Origin: a bacterium | GTDB taxonomy: Bacteria; Bacillota; Clostridia; Oscillospirales; Butyricicoccaceae | Length of the DNA stretch: 64,000 bases | Reading direction: 5' to 3' | NCBI GenBank assembly: GCA_963601915.1 | Contig: CAVCGL010000001.1 | Span: 60,649 to 124,648, forward strand | Part shown: positions 18,857-31,610 of the stretch, piece after piece | Layout: every line of letters starts with the position of its first letter | How positions within the stretch are numbered: position 1 is the stretch's first letter | Position numbers and translations under genes: made by a program | Notes under the pieces: model-generated | The model's input: the letters and a program-made list of their open reading frames with translations, nothing else | Database searches by the model: none | Told to the model about the DNA's origin: nothing

Positions 18857-20521
18857 ATGGAATTAAGAAGTCATAATATTACGAAGGGCGTAGAGCGCGT
18901 GCCGAATCGCTCGCTGCTCCGTGCCTGCGGCCTGACCGAGGAAGAGATGGCGCGTCCGATCATCGGCGTTGTTTCTGCATACAGCGAGATTATCCCGGGT
19001 CACATCAATCTGGATAAGATTGCCGCTGCTGTAAAGACTGGTGTCAGCATGGCTGGCGGTACGCCGATTCTGGTACCGGCAATCGGTGTCTGTGATGGTA
19101 TTGCCATGGGTCATGTCGGCATGAAGTATTCTCTGCCGTCCCGTGAGCTGATTGCAGACTCTGTGGAGACGCTGGCACAGGCACATCAGTTTGATGCACT
19201 GGTTCTCATCCCGAACTGCGATAAGATCGTTCCGGGCATGGTTATGGCTGCTGCTCGTCTGAACATCCCGTCTATCGTTGTTTCCGGCGGCCCGATGCTG
19301 GCAGGTCACGTCAAGGGCGAGAATGTTTCCCTGTCCTATACATTTGAAGCCGTTGGCGCACGCAAGGCAAACCTGATTAACGACGAGGAGATCACCGATG
19401 TCGAGTGTCATTCCTGCCCGGGCTGCGGTTCCTGCTCCGGTATGTACACGGCAAACTCGATGAATTGCCTGTGTGAGGCAATTGGTATGGCTCTGCCGGG
19501 CAACGGCACCATTCCGGCTGTCCATTCCGACCGTATCCAGCTGGCAAAGCACGCTGGTATGAAGATCATGGAACTGCTGGAAAAGGACATCAAGCCGCGT
19601 GACATCATCAATGAGAAGTCCATTCATAACGCACTGGAGTGCGAGATGGCTCTGGGCTGCTCCACCAATACCGTTCTGCATCTGCTGGCAATCTCTCATG
19701 AGGCTGGCATTCAGCTGGATCTGGAGAAGATGAACCATGTATCCGATGCCACGCCGAACCTGTGCCATCTGGCACCGGCTGGCAGAACCTACATTCAGGA
19801 GCTGAATGAGGCTGGCGGCATCTATGCAGTTATGAACGAGCTGTCCAAGAAGAACTTGATTGAGCTGGATACCATCACGGCAACCGGCAAGAAGGTCGGC
19901 GAGAACATCAAGGGCTGCATCAACAAGAACCCGAATGTCATCCGTCCGATTGACAATCCGTATATGCAGACCGGCGGCATTGCAATCCTGTGGGGCAACA
20001 TTGCAAAGGAAGGCTGTGCAGTAAAGCAGAGTGCCGTTGCACCGGAAATGATGAAGCATACCGGTCCGGCTCGTATTTTTGACGGCGAAGAAGATGCTAT
20101 TCAGGCTATTTATACCGGCAAGATAGTTCCGGGTGATGTTGTCATTATCCGCTACGAAGGCCCGAAGGGCGGCCCGGGTATGCGTGAGATGCTGAATCCG
20201 ACTTCTGCGCTGGCTGGCATGAAGCTGGATAAGGACGTCGCTCTGATTACTGACGGTCGTTTCTCCGGCGCATCCCGCGGCGCATCCATCGGACATGTTT
20301 GCCCGGAGGCTGCACAGGGCGGCGAAATCGGACTGCTGGAAGAGGGAGACATCATTGAGATCGACATCCCGAACCATTCTGTCAATGCAAAGGTTTCCGA
20401 GGAAGAATTTGCAAAGCGCCGTGCGGCATTTGTACCGCATGAGCCGAAGGTTAAGACCGGCTGGCTGTCCCGCTATGCACGTCTCGTAAGCTCTGCAAAC
20501 AAGGGCGCTGTGCTTGAGTAA
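18857..20521 (+). CDS. ilvD: Dihydroxy-acid dehydratase
   Basis: GGAGGTG RBS and ATG 18857. [26 protein letters not shown] and [17 protein letters not shown]. Confidence 0.96.
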   Translation: MELRSHNITKGVERVPNRSLLRACGLTEEEMARPIIGVVSAYSEIIPGHINLDKIAAAVKTGVSMAGGTPILVPAIGVCDGIAMGHVGMKYSLPSRELIADSVETLAQAHQFDALVLIPNCDKIVPGMVMAAARLNIPSIVVSGGPMLAGHVKGENVSLSYTFEAVGARKANLINDEEITDVECHSCPGCGSCSGMYTANSMNCLCEAIGMALPGNGTIPAVHSDRIQLAKHAGMKIMELLEKDIKPRDIINEKSIHNALECEMALGCSTNTVLHLLAISHEAGIQLDLEKMNHVSDATPNLCHLAPAGRTYIQELNEAGGIYAVMNELSKKNLIELDTITATGKKVGENIKGCINKNPNVIRPIDNPYMQTGGIAILWGNIAKEGCAVKQSAVAPEMMKHTGPARIFDGEEDAIQAIYTGKIVPGDVVIIRYEGPKGGPGMREMLNPTSALAGMKLDKDVALITDGRFSGASRGASIGHVCPEAAQGGEIGLLEEGDIIEIDIPNHSVNAKVSEEEFAKRRAAFVPHEPKVKTGWLSRYARLVSSANKGAVLE

Positions 20522-20540
20522 TCTATAACGATAGAACCAG

Positions 20541-20575
20541 AAAACCCCGTTTACGGTGTCGTAAACGGGGTTTTT
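20541..20575. terminator. Bidirectional terminator shared by ilvD and padR
   Basis: AAAACCCCGTTTACG-GTGT-CGTAAACGGGGTTTTT. The stem overlaps the last codons of padR. Confidence 0.85.
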
Positions 20576-21108
20576 GTTTCGCACAAAGTGATGCAGGTTT
20601 GCAGCCAGTCGCACATGCTTTTCTCGCGGCTGATCGCACCCAATAAAACAAGATAGTCGCTGAAAGCATCCGCTTGCGTCGGCGGGATCGTATCAAATTT
20701 AGAGAGACTGTCCTGCAAATGCTGAAGCCACTGCTGATGCTGCTCGAGATGATCGGTTAACAACTGAATCTGGGCGTCTTTCGGCAGACTGTCGGAAAAA
20801 AACAGACGCAGCTTGAATTCATCTTTTGGCAGCTGTTTGATCTTACTTTTGCTCTGTTCCCACTGTAGAAATTCTGCTTTTCCAGCTTCGGTAATGGAAT
20901 ATACTTTTTTCTCCAGAACCGTACCGGTAATTTCGGTTTGGAAGGTAATCAGACCATCTTCCGCTAAGGCTTTCAGCTCCGGATAGATTTGGCTGTGCTT
21001 GGCGTGCCAGAATTCTGCAAGAGAGGTTTGAAATTCTTTGGATAAGTCGTAACCGGTCATGGCTTTGCGGTTGAGCAGACCGAGGATTGCATAGCGTAGT
21101 GTTCCCAT
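20551..21108 (-). CDS. padR: PadR-family transcriptional regulator
   Basis: LRYAILGLLNRKAMTGYDLSKEF...IYPELKALAEDGLI winged-helix pattern. Divergent from padC. Confidence 0.85.
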   Translation of the reverse strand: MGTLRYAILGLLNRKAMTGYDLSKEFQTSLAEFWHAKHSQIYPELKALAEDGLITFQTEITGTVLEKKVYSITEAGKAEFLQWEQSKSKIKQLPKDEFKLRLFFSDSLPKDAQIQLLTDHLEQHQQWLQHLQDSLSKFDTIPPTQADAFSDYLVLLGAISREKSMCDWLQTCITLCETKTPFTTP

Positions 21109-21165
21109 CGTATCGTTCCTTTCGATAGAGTGCCTATATTATACCACAGAATATTTGTAAAATAA

Positions 21166-21187
21166 AACATGTAAACATTGACATGTT
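21166..21187. promoter_or_regulatory. Candidate PadR operator AACATGT-N8-ACATGTT
   Basis: Perfect 7-bp inverted repeat containing ATGT-N8-ACAT. It overlaps the -35 of the padC promoter. Confidence 0.6.
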
Positions 21188-21206
21188 TGGAAATACATAT
21201 TATAAT
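21178..21206 (+). promoter_or_regulatory. Consensus sigma-A promoter TTGACA-17-TATAAT for padC
   Basis: Hexamers at 21178-21183 and 21201-21206. Confidence 0.75.
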
Positions 21207-21235
21207 GAGAAAAAACAATGCAGGAGGTTTGCGCG

Positions 21236-21772
21236 ATGGGCAAGCAGTTCACCAATTTGGAGGATTTTATCGGCACACATTTCATTTATACCTATGACAA
21301 CGGATGGGAATACGAGTGGTACGCGAAAAATGAGAATACCGTAGACTACCGTATTCATGGCGGCATGGTTGCCGGGCGCTGGGTCACGGATCAGAAGGCG
21401 GAAATTGTCAAGCTGACCGACGGCGTGTTTAAGATTACCTGGACAGAGCCGACTGGCACCGATGTCGCGCTGGATTTTATGCCGAATGAGGGCAAGCTGC
21501 ACGGCACGATTTTCTTTCCGAAATGGGTACATGAGCATCCGGAAATCACAGTTTGCTACCAGAATGAGCACATTGACAAAATGGAAGCAGCGCGTGCGCA
21601 ATATGAGAACTATCCGAAGTATATTGTACCGGAGTTTGCCACGATTACTTATATGGGAGATGCCGGAAAGAATAATGAAGATGTTATCAGTGAAGCACCA
21701 TATCCGGGCATGACCGATGACATTCGTGCGGGCAAATACTTTACTGAAGAATACAAGAGAAAAAATCGCTGA
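21236..21772 (+). CDS. padC: Phenolic acid decarboxylase
   Basis: AGGAGG RBS and ATG 21236. Near-identical blocks to remembered Bacillus PadC: [55 protein letters not shown] and GMTDDIRAG. Confidence 0.93.
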   Translation: MGKQFTNLEDFIGTHFIYTYDNGWEYEWYAKNENTVDYRIHGGMVAGRWVTDQKAEIVKLTDGVFKITWTEPTGTDVALDFMPNEGKLHGTIFFPKWVHEHPEITVCYQNEHIDKMEAARAQYENYPKYIVPEFATITYMGDAGKNNEDVISEAPYPGMTDDIRAGKYFTEEYKRKNR

Positions 21773-21816
21773 ACAAAAATAGGGTGTTGCCAAAGATTGG
21801 CAGCACCCGTTTGTTT

Positions 21817-22737
21817 TTATAAATCTTCGATAGACGGCGCGTCGAATTCCGTACACACCTGCCGCGCCGTACAGCACGGCGGGGAGTATTGCCAACAGGA
21901 AATATGACCGCTCGTGATAAAATACGGCAGCGGCGGAGGCGGTACTGGTGCCGTTCCGATACGGTCGATGAGATTGAGCTTGATTTTCATGCGCTCCGGT
22001 AAAATGGATTTGATGTAACAGGAGACCATATCTCCGGCGGAGACCGGAAAGCGCAGCTCTGCCAAACCGGATAAATTCGGTGCCAGCTCGATGAATACGC
22101 CATAGTCCTCCACGCTGCGCACGATACCGCAGACGGTTTCTCCGGCGGCAAATTGCGCCGCATTTTCTGCCCAAGTGCCGAGCAGCTCTCGATGCGTCAG
22201 GTGAATGCGTCCGGTATCTGCGTCAATGCCCGATATGACAGCATATAGCTGTTGTCCGACTTGGATACGGTCGGATGGATGAAAAATACGGCTGACAGAT
22301 AAATTTTCGATGCCGATCAGAGAGACCAAACCGCATCCGGCATCGACAAATGCACCAAACGGCTCTAGATGCGTCACACGCACAGGAATGATGTCTCCGG
22401 GGCGTTTATGCAGGAGATGATCTAAGGCGCACTGTTGGGCGCGTTTGCGCGATAAATAGGCAAGATCCCCTTCGATGCGCAGGACTTGAAAGCACACCGG
22501 CTTGCCGACGCGCGATAAAATGGCGATTTCCCGCGTCTTTCCCGTGTCGATGCCAAGCGCGCATTCTTCGCGCGGCATGATGCCGGTCATGCCGTCCAAG
22601 GGGACGATCAGATTGTGATGCACATCACAGCGGGCGGCGACAGCCTGCAAAATGCTGCCGTCCTGCGCCGCTGCGCAAATGTCGTCTCTGCGTGGCATAT
22701 CTGTCTGTAAGCGTTCCGGTGCATAGTCTGTTTGCAT
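21817..22737 (-). CDS. S1 RNA-binding domain protein (tandem S1-like domains)
   Basis: GGAGGGAA RBS. Repeated S1 signatures (GDIIPVRVTHLEPFGAFVD, GETVCGIVRSVEDYGVFIEL). Confidence 0.72.
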   Translation of the reverse strand: MQTDYAPERLQTDMPRRDDICAAAQDGSILQAVAARCDVHHNLIVPLDGMTGIMPREECALGIDTGKTREIAILSRVGKPVCFQVLRIEGDLAYLSRKRAQQCALDHLLHKRPGDIIPVRVTHLEPFGAFVDAGCGLVSLIGIENLSVSRIFHPSDRIQVGQQLYAVISGIDADTGRIHLTHRELLGTWAENAAQFAAGETVCGIVRSVEDYGVFIELAPNLSGLAELRFPVSAGDMVSCYIKSILPERMKIKLNLIDRIGTAPVPPPPLPYFITSGHISCWQYSPPCCTARQVCTEFDAPSIEDL

Positions 22738-22902
22738 GAATTCCCTCCGTTCTGAACGTTTTTGTTTTTCTATGGATTTGTATTGACTATATGCGCGAAC
22801 TGGCGAAAATATGGCTACGGAACAGGAATTTTCTGTTTACTGACTGGTCAATAAACCATGGGTATGATATACTCGATATATACACAAGGAGGGATACAAA
22901 CA

Positions 22903-23103
22903 ATGGATATTCGTCTTGGTGATATTTTGACGATGAAAAAAGGACATCCTTGCGGCAGCAAGGACTGGGAGGTTTTGCGCGTCGGCATGGATTTCCGACT
23001 CAAATGCGTGGGCTGTGGACATACGATTATGATTCCGCGCAGCAAGGCGGAGAAAAACATTCGCCACATCGTTCATGCGGACGGAACAGAAGGGGAGAAG
23101 TGA
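22903..23103 (+). CDS. DUF951-family small protein
   Basis: AAGGAGGGA RBS and ATG 22903. GDILTMKKGHPCGSKDWEVLRVGMDFRLKCVGCGHTIM is the typical DUF951 pattern. Confidence 0.7.
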   Translation: MDIRLGDILTMKKGHPCGSKDWEVLRVGMDFRLKCVGCGHTIMIPRSKAEKNIRHIVHADGTEGEK

Positions 23104-23104
23104 C

Positions 23105-23863
23105 ATGCTCATCCATGGAAAACAGATGCACTTGCAGTGTACCGCTGAGGACATCGGGCGATATGTCATTCTGCCCGGTGATCCGGGACGGTGTGCGGTC
23201 ATTGCGCAGCTTTTAGACGATGCGAGGGAAATATCTTATAACAGAGAATTTCACGTGTATACCGGCTATTTGGAGGGCGAACGGGTATCCGTGTGCTCGA
23301 CAGGCATCGGCGGGCCGTCGGCGGCCATTGCGCTGGAGGAACTGGTCGAGTGCGGTGCAGATACGTTTATTCGCGTGGGAACCTGCGGCGGCATCGATGC
23401 GTCTGTGTGCGGCGGAGATGTTGTTGTGGCGACGGCTGCCATTCGGCAGGAAGGAACGTCGCGCCAATATCTTCCGTTGGAATATCCGGCAGCGGCAAGT
23501 TATCCGGTCGTGCGTGCACTGGCAGATGCCTGTGAGGCATTGGGGTATCGGGCACATGTCGGTGTGGTTCAGTCCAAAGATAGCTTCTATGGCGAAATTC
23601 GTCCGCAGAATCAGCCAATTGCCGCGGATTTGCAGGAAAAGTGGACGGCATGGACAGCGGCAGGCGTGCTTGCCAGTGAAATGGAGTCAGCAGCGCTGTT
23701 CACGGCTGGCGCGGCGCTGCATGTGCGTGTCGGCACCATACTCAATGTACTATGGAATGATGACAACGAGCAGCCGGATGTGCCGGAAGGCGCAACAACG
23801 CGCGGCATTCGCGCGGCGGTTTCTGCTCTGTGCATCTTGATTGAACAGGATAATAAGCAGTAA
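23105..23863 (+). CDS. udp: Uridine phosphorylase (PNP/UDP family)
   Basis: ATG 2 nt after the upstream stop. ILPGDPGR, SVCSTGIGGPSAAIALEEL, RVGTCGG and SEMESAALF align with Udp. Confidence 0.85.
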   Translation: MLIHGKQMHLQCTAEDIGRYVILPGDPGRCAVIAQLLDDAREISYNREFHVYTGYLEGERVSVCSTGIGGPSAAIALEELVECGADTFIRVGTCGGIDASVCGGDVVVATAAIRQEGTSRQYLPLEYPAAASYPVVRALADACEALGYRAHVGVVQSKDSFYGEIRPQNQPIAADLQEKWTAWTAAGVLASEMESAALFTAGAALHVRVGTILNVLWNDDNEQPDVPEGATTRGIRAAVSALCILIEQDNKQ

Positions 23864-23915
23864 AAAATACCCGTGAGAAAGAGACAAAATCTTCCTCACG
23901 GGTATTGTGCTTTCT

Positions 23916-25088
23916 TTATCGAATCGGAAAATCTGCCGGAAGCGGTTCCGGACGGTCAAACGTCGTTTCAAGAATGCCGAATTGCTGCGTCTTTGCGCCG
24001 CTTAGCATCTTTTCCATCATTTCGAGGGAATGCAGTGCCATGCGGCCGCTGGCGCGTTCTGGGCGGTTCTCAGCGAGAGCGAGCGCCATATCAATTAAGC
24101 CGATGCCGCGGCTGTTCTCCGAATGGCTGGTGGATGCAAACGGGCGAGTAACCGGTACATGCTCCCAATCCTTTTTGACATCGAACCAATCGCGCGGCTG
24201 GCTGTACCAGCGATAATTTTGCTCTGTGCGCAGGAGAATATCGCCGCCGAAGATGTTCGGGCCGTCCAGCGGGTCTATATCCGGGATGCACAGGGTTCCT
24301 TTTGTGCCGTAAATCTCGATGCGCGGCAGATTGGAATCCCATACGTCAAAGGAGAAGATCGCTGTGCCGATGGCACCGGAGGCGAACTGCATGAGTCCGG
24401 TCGTATAGGTGTCCACTTCGACATCAATCATCTCGCCGCGGTGCGGTTCGGTAGAGATGGGACGCTGGTCAAACGTGCGCTTGGACATGGCACAGCACGA
24501 CTGAACCGGTCCGAGCAGCGACAGCAGCGCTGTGACATAGTACGGACCGATGTCCATGAGCGGACCGGCACCTTCATGGTAGTAAAATGCGGGATTGGGG
24601 TGGAAGGTCTCACAGCCGTGATAAATGACAAACGCCGATGCGCCGATGACATCGCCGATTTTGCCGGAATTCAAGATATCGCGGCAGGTTTGCAGACGTG
24701 CACCTAAAAATGTGTCCGGTGCACAGCCGATGCGCAGATTTTTGGACTGGGCCAAGTCTATCAGCTCTTTGCCTTCCGCATAAGTAAAAGCAAGAGGTTT
24801 CTCTGTGTAAACATGCTTGCCGCAGGTCAGTGCCAGCTTATTGAGCCGATAGTGTGCGTCCGGGGTGGTCAGATTGAGAATCAGATCCACATCCGCTTGC
24901 TCGATGAGCTCTTCTGCACAGGAATACGCGTGCGGAATGCCGTATGCGTCGGCTTTTTTCTGCGCTTTTTCCAAGGTGCGTGAAGCACAGGCTTCGATGG
25001 TCACATAGTCGCTGTATTTTTTCAAATTGTCGATATACACGCGGCTAATATCACCGAGACCGACAACGCCAATACGCAATTTTTTCAT
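23916..25088 (-). CDS. Gfo/Idh/MocA-family NAD(P)-dependent oxidoreductase
   Basis: AAGGAGG RBS. Rossmann start KLRIGVVGLGDISRVY and EKPLA motif. Confidence 0.88.
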   Translation of the reverse strand: MKKLRIGVVGLGDISRVYIDNLKKYSDYVTIEACASRTLEKAQKKADAYGIPHAYSCAEELIEQADVDLILNLTTPDAHYRLNKLALTCGKHVYTEKPLAFTYAEGKELIDLAQSKNLRIGCAPDTFLGARLQTCRDILNSGKIGDVIGASAFVIYHGCETFHPNPAFYYHEGAGPLMDIGPYYVTALLSLLGPVQSCCAMSKRTFDQRPISTEPHRGEMIDVEVDTYTTGLMQFASGAIGTAIFSFDVWDSNLPRIEIYGTKGTLCIPDIDPLDGPNIFGGDILLRTEQNYRWYSQPRDWFDVKKDWEHVPVTRPFASTSHSENSRGIGLIDMALALAENRPERASGRMALHSLEMMEKMLSGAKTQQFGILETTFDRPEPLPADFPIR

Positions 25089-25151
25089 GAGAATGCAAAC
25101 CTCCTTGTTGTTGTTACAGTTAGTATATCAGTCAGAGGATAAGAATACAAG

Positions 25152-25187
25152 AAAAAAGACGAATGGTTTTTACCATTCGTCTTTTTT
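25152..25187. terminator. Bidirectional terminator downstream of the LTA-synthase-like gene
   Basis: AAAAAAGACGAATGG-TTTTT-ACCATTCGTCTTTTTT. Confidence 0.85.
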
Positions 25188-25201
25188 GTATGTGCTGTTG
25201 G

Positions 25202-27055
25202 TTATTTGGAACCGCTGCCGGCATTGCTGGTCGCCTGGCTGAGAATCTTGTCCGCGTTGTCAAACACGTACTGATACTGGACGATTTTGTAATCGTGCAG
25301 GTCAGATGCTGCCATGTCCAGCGGAACATAAATGCCCTTGTTGTTAATGCAGCCGGAGGAGGAAATAACCGGATACTTTTCCATCAGGCTGTATACGTAT
25401 TCCTCATAGTCGCTCAGCTTGGCACCGGCAACCTTCATGGTGACAGGGCCGAGATAGTTTGCGCTGATGCGGCCGATGTTTGCATAGTCCGAGGTGTCAA
25501 TATCATAGTTTGCCCAGATAAAGAACGGAACGGTATGCTGATCCAGCTCGATTTCCGAGGTCGTCTTGGACGAGCCGCGGGTCAGATGGTTGTAGAACGA
25601 GTTCTCAATGTACGGCATGTGATCGCCGAACAGAACGATAATGGTCGGTTCATCTACCTTGCTGAAGTAATCCACCAGATTCTTAATCTGCTTATCCGAC
25701 TCCTGAATCAGAGACAGGTACTGCTTGGTGTACGGATACAGAGAGTCAAACTGGAAGTTGACGTTCTCCGGGAAGTTGTCGTATACCGTGTCATAGCCGC
25801 AGTGATTCTGGATGGTAACGTTGAACAGGAACAGCGGATTGTCCGATTTTTCCTTGTTCTGGTTATACAGATCAATGACCTTATTGAAGGAAGATTCATC
25901 GCTGACATAGCGGCGCAGGTACTTGGTCGTGGCATCGTCAAACGATTCGATGTCCAAGAACTTATCAAAGCCCATCAGCGGATATGCCTTGTTTCGTGCC
26001 CAGCCGGAGCCGTAGTACGGATGCAGACCGATGGTGTTGTAGCCCTGCTCCTTGAGGACAGAAGCCATGGATTCCGTGTTGTTGTGCACGTACTGGAGCA
26101 TCGGATAGCTGCCGGACTTGAAGAAGGCATAGGAATTGCTGGTCAGGAATTCGTATTCCGAGTTGCAGGTGCCGCCGCCGAAGGCAGGAACAACCAGCTG
26201 ACCGGTAATGGTATTCGGCTGTCCGCTCAGCGAGTGCACAAACGGCATGACATCATCGGTGTTTTCCAGACCCAAATCGCCCAAAATGGACAGGTCAGAA
26301 AATGTCTCGTCCATCACAGCGATGATGTTCGGCTGTACATTGTTTTCCGATGCCGTTTCATCCTCTTTGGAAACGGAGGACAAAATGGTGGATGCATTTT
26401 CCTTAGAATAATCCGTCGGAGCTTCTACAAACAGCGCATCCATATTGATGGCAAAGTTGAGAGCCATACCGTTTTTGCGGTTGGCGGTTACCTGACGCCA
26501 TGCGCTGATATAGAAGTTGCCGCTGCCGACAGAAGCGAACAGAACAAAGCCGGTCAGCATCACAGCGGACAGGCCAAAGCTTCCGGCGCGCGTGCGCAGC
26601 TTCTGCTTCGGGAAATGCATAAACTTGATGGTGATTGCCCACCAGATCAGGCAAGCAATGGAACAGATAATGATTTCAAGCGGAACCGTCCACTGAAAAC
26701 CATTCAGAGCCTCGGCTGCTGTACCAGCGGCATACAAGTCCCAAGGAACAATTGGTTCATTTCGGATTTGTATGGAATAGTGGTTGCAGATGCCAAAGAC
26801 TAAAAAGACAAAATTGAGAAATACAATCGTAAAACGAGGGCGTCCGGTGATTGCGCGGAACAGAAGGAAAATACCATAGTAGAACAGAATATTTGCCCAG
26901 AATGCCAGCTGGTTTGGCCAGAGGCATTTGCTGTCCGATCCGCCATACTCAAGAATTTCTACCACAATGAATGTCGCAAGCGGCGACAACAGGAAGAAAA
27001 TATTCGAGAAGTTGGACGCGAGGAACTGCTTACACAAACTTAACTTATTTTTCAT
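25202..27055 (-). CDS. LTA synthase family protein (membrane-anchored sulfatase-fold phosphoglycerol transferase)
   Basis: GGAGG RBS. About five N-terminal TM segments, then an alkaline-phosphatase/sulfatase domain (PNIIAVMDETFSD..., VLFGDHMP). Confidence 0.85.
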   Translation of the reverse strand: MKNKLSLCKQFLASNFSNIFFLLSPLATFIVVEILEYGGSDSKCLWPNQLAFWANILFYYGIFLLFRAITGRPRFTIVFLNFVFLVFGICNHYSIQIRNEPIVPWDLYAAGTAAEALNGFQWTVPLEIIICSIACLIWWAITIKFMHFPKQKLRTRAGSFGLSAVMLTGFVLFASVGSGNFYISAWRQVTANRKNGMALNFAINMDALFVEAPTDYSKENASTILSSVSKEDETASENNVQPNIIAVMDETFSDLSILGDLGLENTDDVMPFVHSLSGQPNTITGQLVVPAFGGGTCNSEYEFLTSNSYAFFKSGSYPMLQYVHNNTESMASVLKEQGYNTIGLHPYYGSGWARNKAYPLMGFDKFLDIESFDDATTKYLRRYVSDESSFNKVIDLYNQNKEKSDNPLFLFNVTIQNHCGYDTVYDNFPENVNFQFDSLYPYTKQYLSLIQESDKQIKNLVDYFSKVDEPTIIVLFGDHMPYIENSFYNHLTRGSSKTTSEIELDQHTVPFFIWANYDIDTSDYANIGRISANYLGPVTMKVAGAKLSDYEEYVYSLMEKYPVISSSGCINNKGIYVPLDMAASDLHDYKIVQYQYVFDNADKILSQATSNAGSGSK

Positions 27056-27107
27056 TCAAAAAGCGCCTCCATTGGACTTAAAACAGGCTTATTATACCGT
27101 TCAGGCA

Positions 27108-27152
27108 TAAAAAAGTCAAGGGATGCCAAAATGTTACGAAAGGCATCCCTTG
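27108..27152 (-). terminator. Terminator after dapL
   Basis: Minus strand: CAAGGGATGCC-14 nt loop-GGCATCCCTTG followed by ACTTTTTTAT. Confidence 0.7.
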
Positions 27153-27210
27153 TGAAATTGTATAATTTCAGAAAAATTTCGTTAGATAAACGTTAAATCC
27201 GTTGAAAAGT

Positions 27211-30834
<3,624 letters not shown>

Positions 30835-30905
30835 GCGTGTCATCCTCATCTCAAATCTAGTTATGGAATTCCGCACATTTCGTGCGTCATGTACATTCAG
30901 ATTTC

Positions 30906-30934
30906 ATTATAACCCGATTATATCCGCATTGCAA
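30906..30934 (-). promoter_or_regulatory. Sigma-A type promoter TTGCAA-17-TATAAT for dapF-pyrG-dapL
   Basis: Minus-strand hexamers at 30934-30929 and 30911-30906. Confidence 0.6.
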
Positions 30935-30952
30935 GAGTGCATTGCGATAACT

Positions 30953-30980
30953 TTCAAAAGAAACCAGCGGCCCTGCTGGT
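30953..30980 (-). terminator. Terminator after the ANTAR regulator gene
   Basis: Minus strand: CCAGC-AGGGCC-GCTGG followed by TTTCTTTTG. Confidence 0.55.
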
Positions 30981-30986
30981 AATTTG

Positions 30987-31568
30987 TCAATCAAATGAAC
31001 GAATGATCTCCTCTGCGATGTCGCGCTTCGACTGCCGATAATCCATCGCTTTTTTCTCAATGTACGAATGGGCTTCGTCCTCGCTCATATGTTTTTCTGC
31101 AATGAGCAGGCATTTTGCCCGGCTGACAATGCGCAGATCCTCCAATCGCTGGCGCAGCTGACGGTTTTCCTTTTGCAGCGCGTAGATGCGCTGGCGAACG
31201 GAATTGACCAGATGCAGCGATTGATAAAAGACTGCGCGGGAGATCGGTTTTGTCACGACGACCACGCCGTCCTGCTCCACGCGTTCGGAGACAGAATTGG
31301 CGAGATCCGCCTTGACCAGCATCAGCACACCGGATAGTGTGTTCTGACAGGCATACGATGCAAATTCGTGACCGAATTCATCGGTCAACGGCGCATTGAT
31401 GATGATGAGATCCACATTATTTTCAATGAGCCTGCGTCGAGCTTCGTTGCAGGAAGCGGCAGCAAGAATACGATCCGGATGCCAACCGCTGCTGTGAATC
31501 AGATCAATCAACATGTCCGCACTTTTTTTGGATGCGGTTACGAGTAAGACATTTTCCAATTCAGACAC
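30987..31568 (-). CDS. ANTAR-domain antiterminator with pseudo-receiver N-terminal domain
   Basis: C-terminal ANTAR pattern LRIVSRAKCLLIAEKHMSEDEAHSYIEKKAMDYRQSKRDIAEEII. The N-terminal receiver-like fold lacks the acidic pocket. The start is either GTG 31568 or, better spaced from GGGAGG, TTG 31559. Lies 43 nt downstream of glnA. Confidence 0.85.
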   Translation of the reverse strand: MSELENVLLVTASKKSADMLIDLIHSSGWHPDRILAAASCNEARRRLIENNVDLIIINAPLTDEFGHEFASYACQNTLSGVLMLVKADLANSVSERVEQDGVVVVTKPISRAVFYQSLHLVNSVRQRIYALQKENRQLRQRLEDLRIVSRAKCLLIAEKHMSEDEAHSYIEKKAMDYRQSKRDIAEEIIRSFD

Positions 31569-31610
31569 CTCCCTGTAACTGATATACGATACAATTTGCG
31601 GAGGATGTCA

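Noticed and set aside
21200-22174. 324-aa minus-strand ORF overlapping padC and the S1-domain gene
   Set aside because: It overlaps padC on the opposite strand. Its 5' part overlaps the S1-domain gene on the same (minus) strand in another frame. Both of those have clear homology signatures. It has no RBS.
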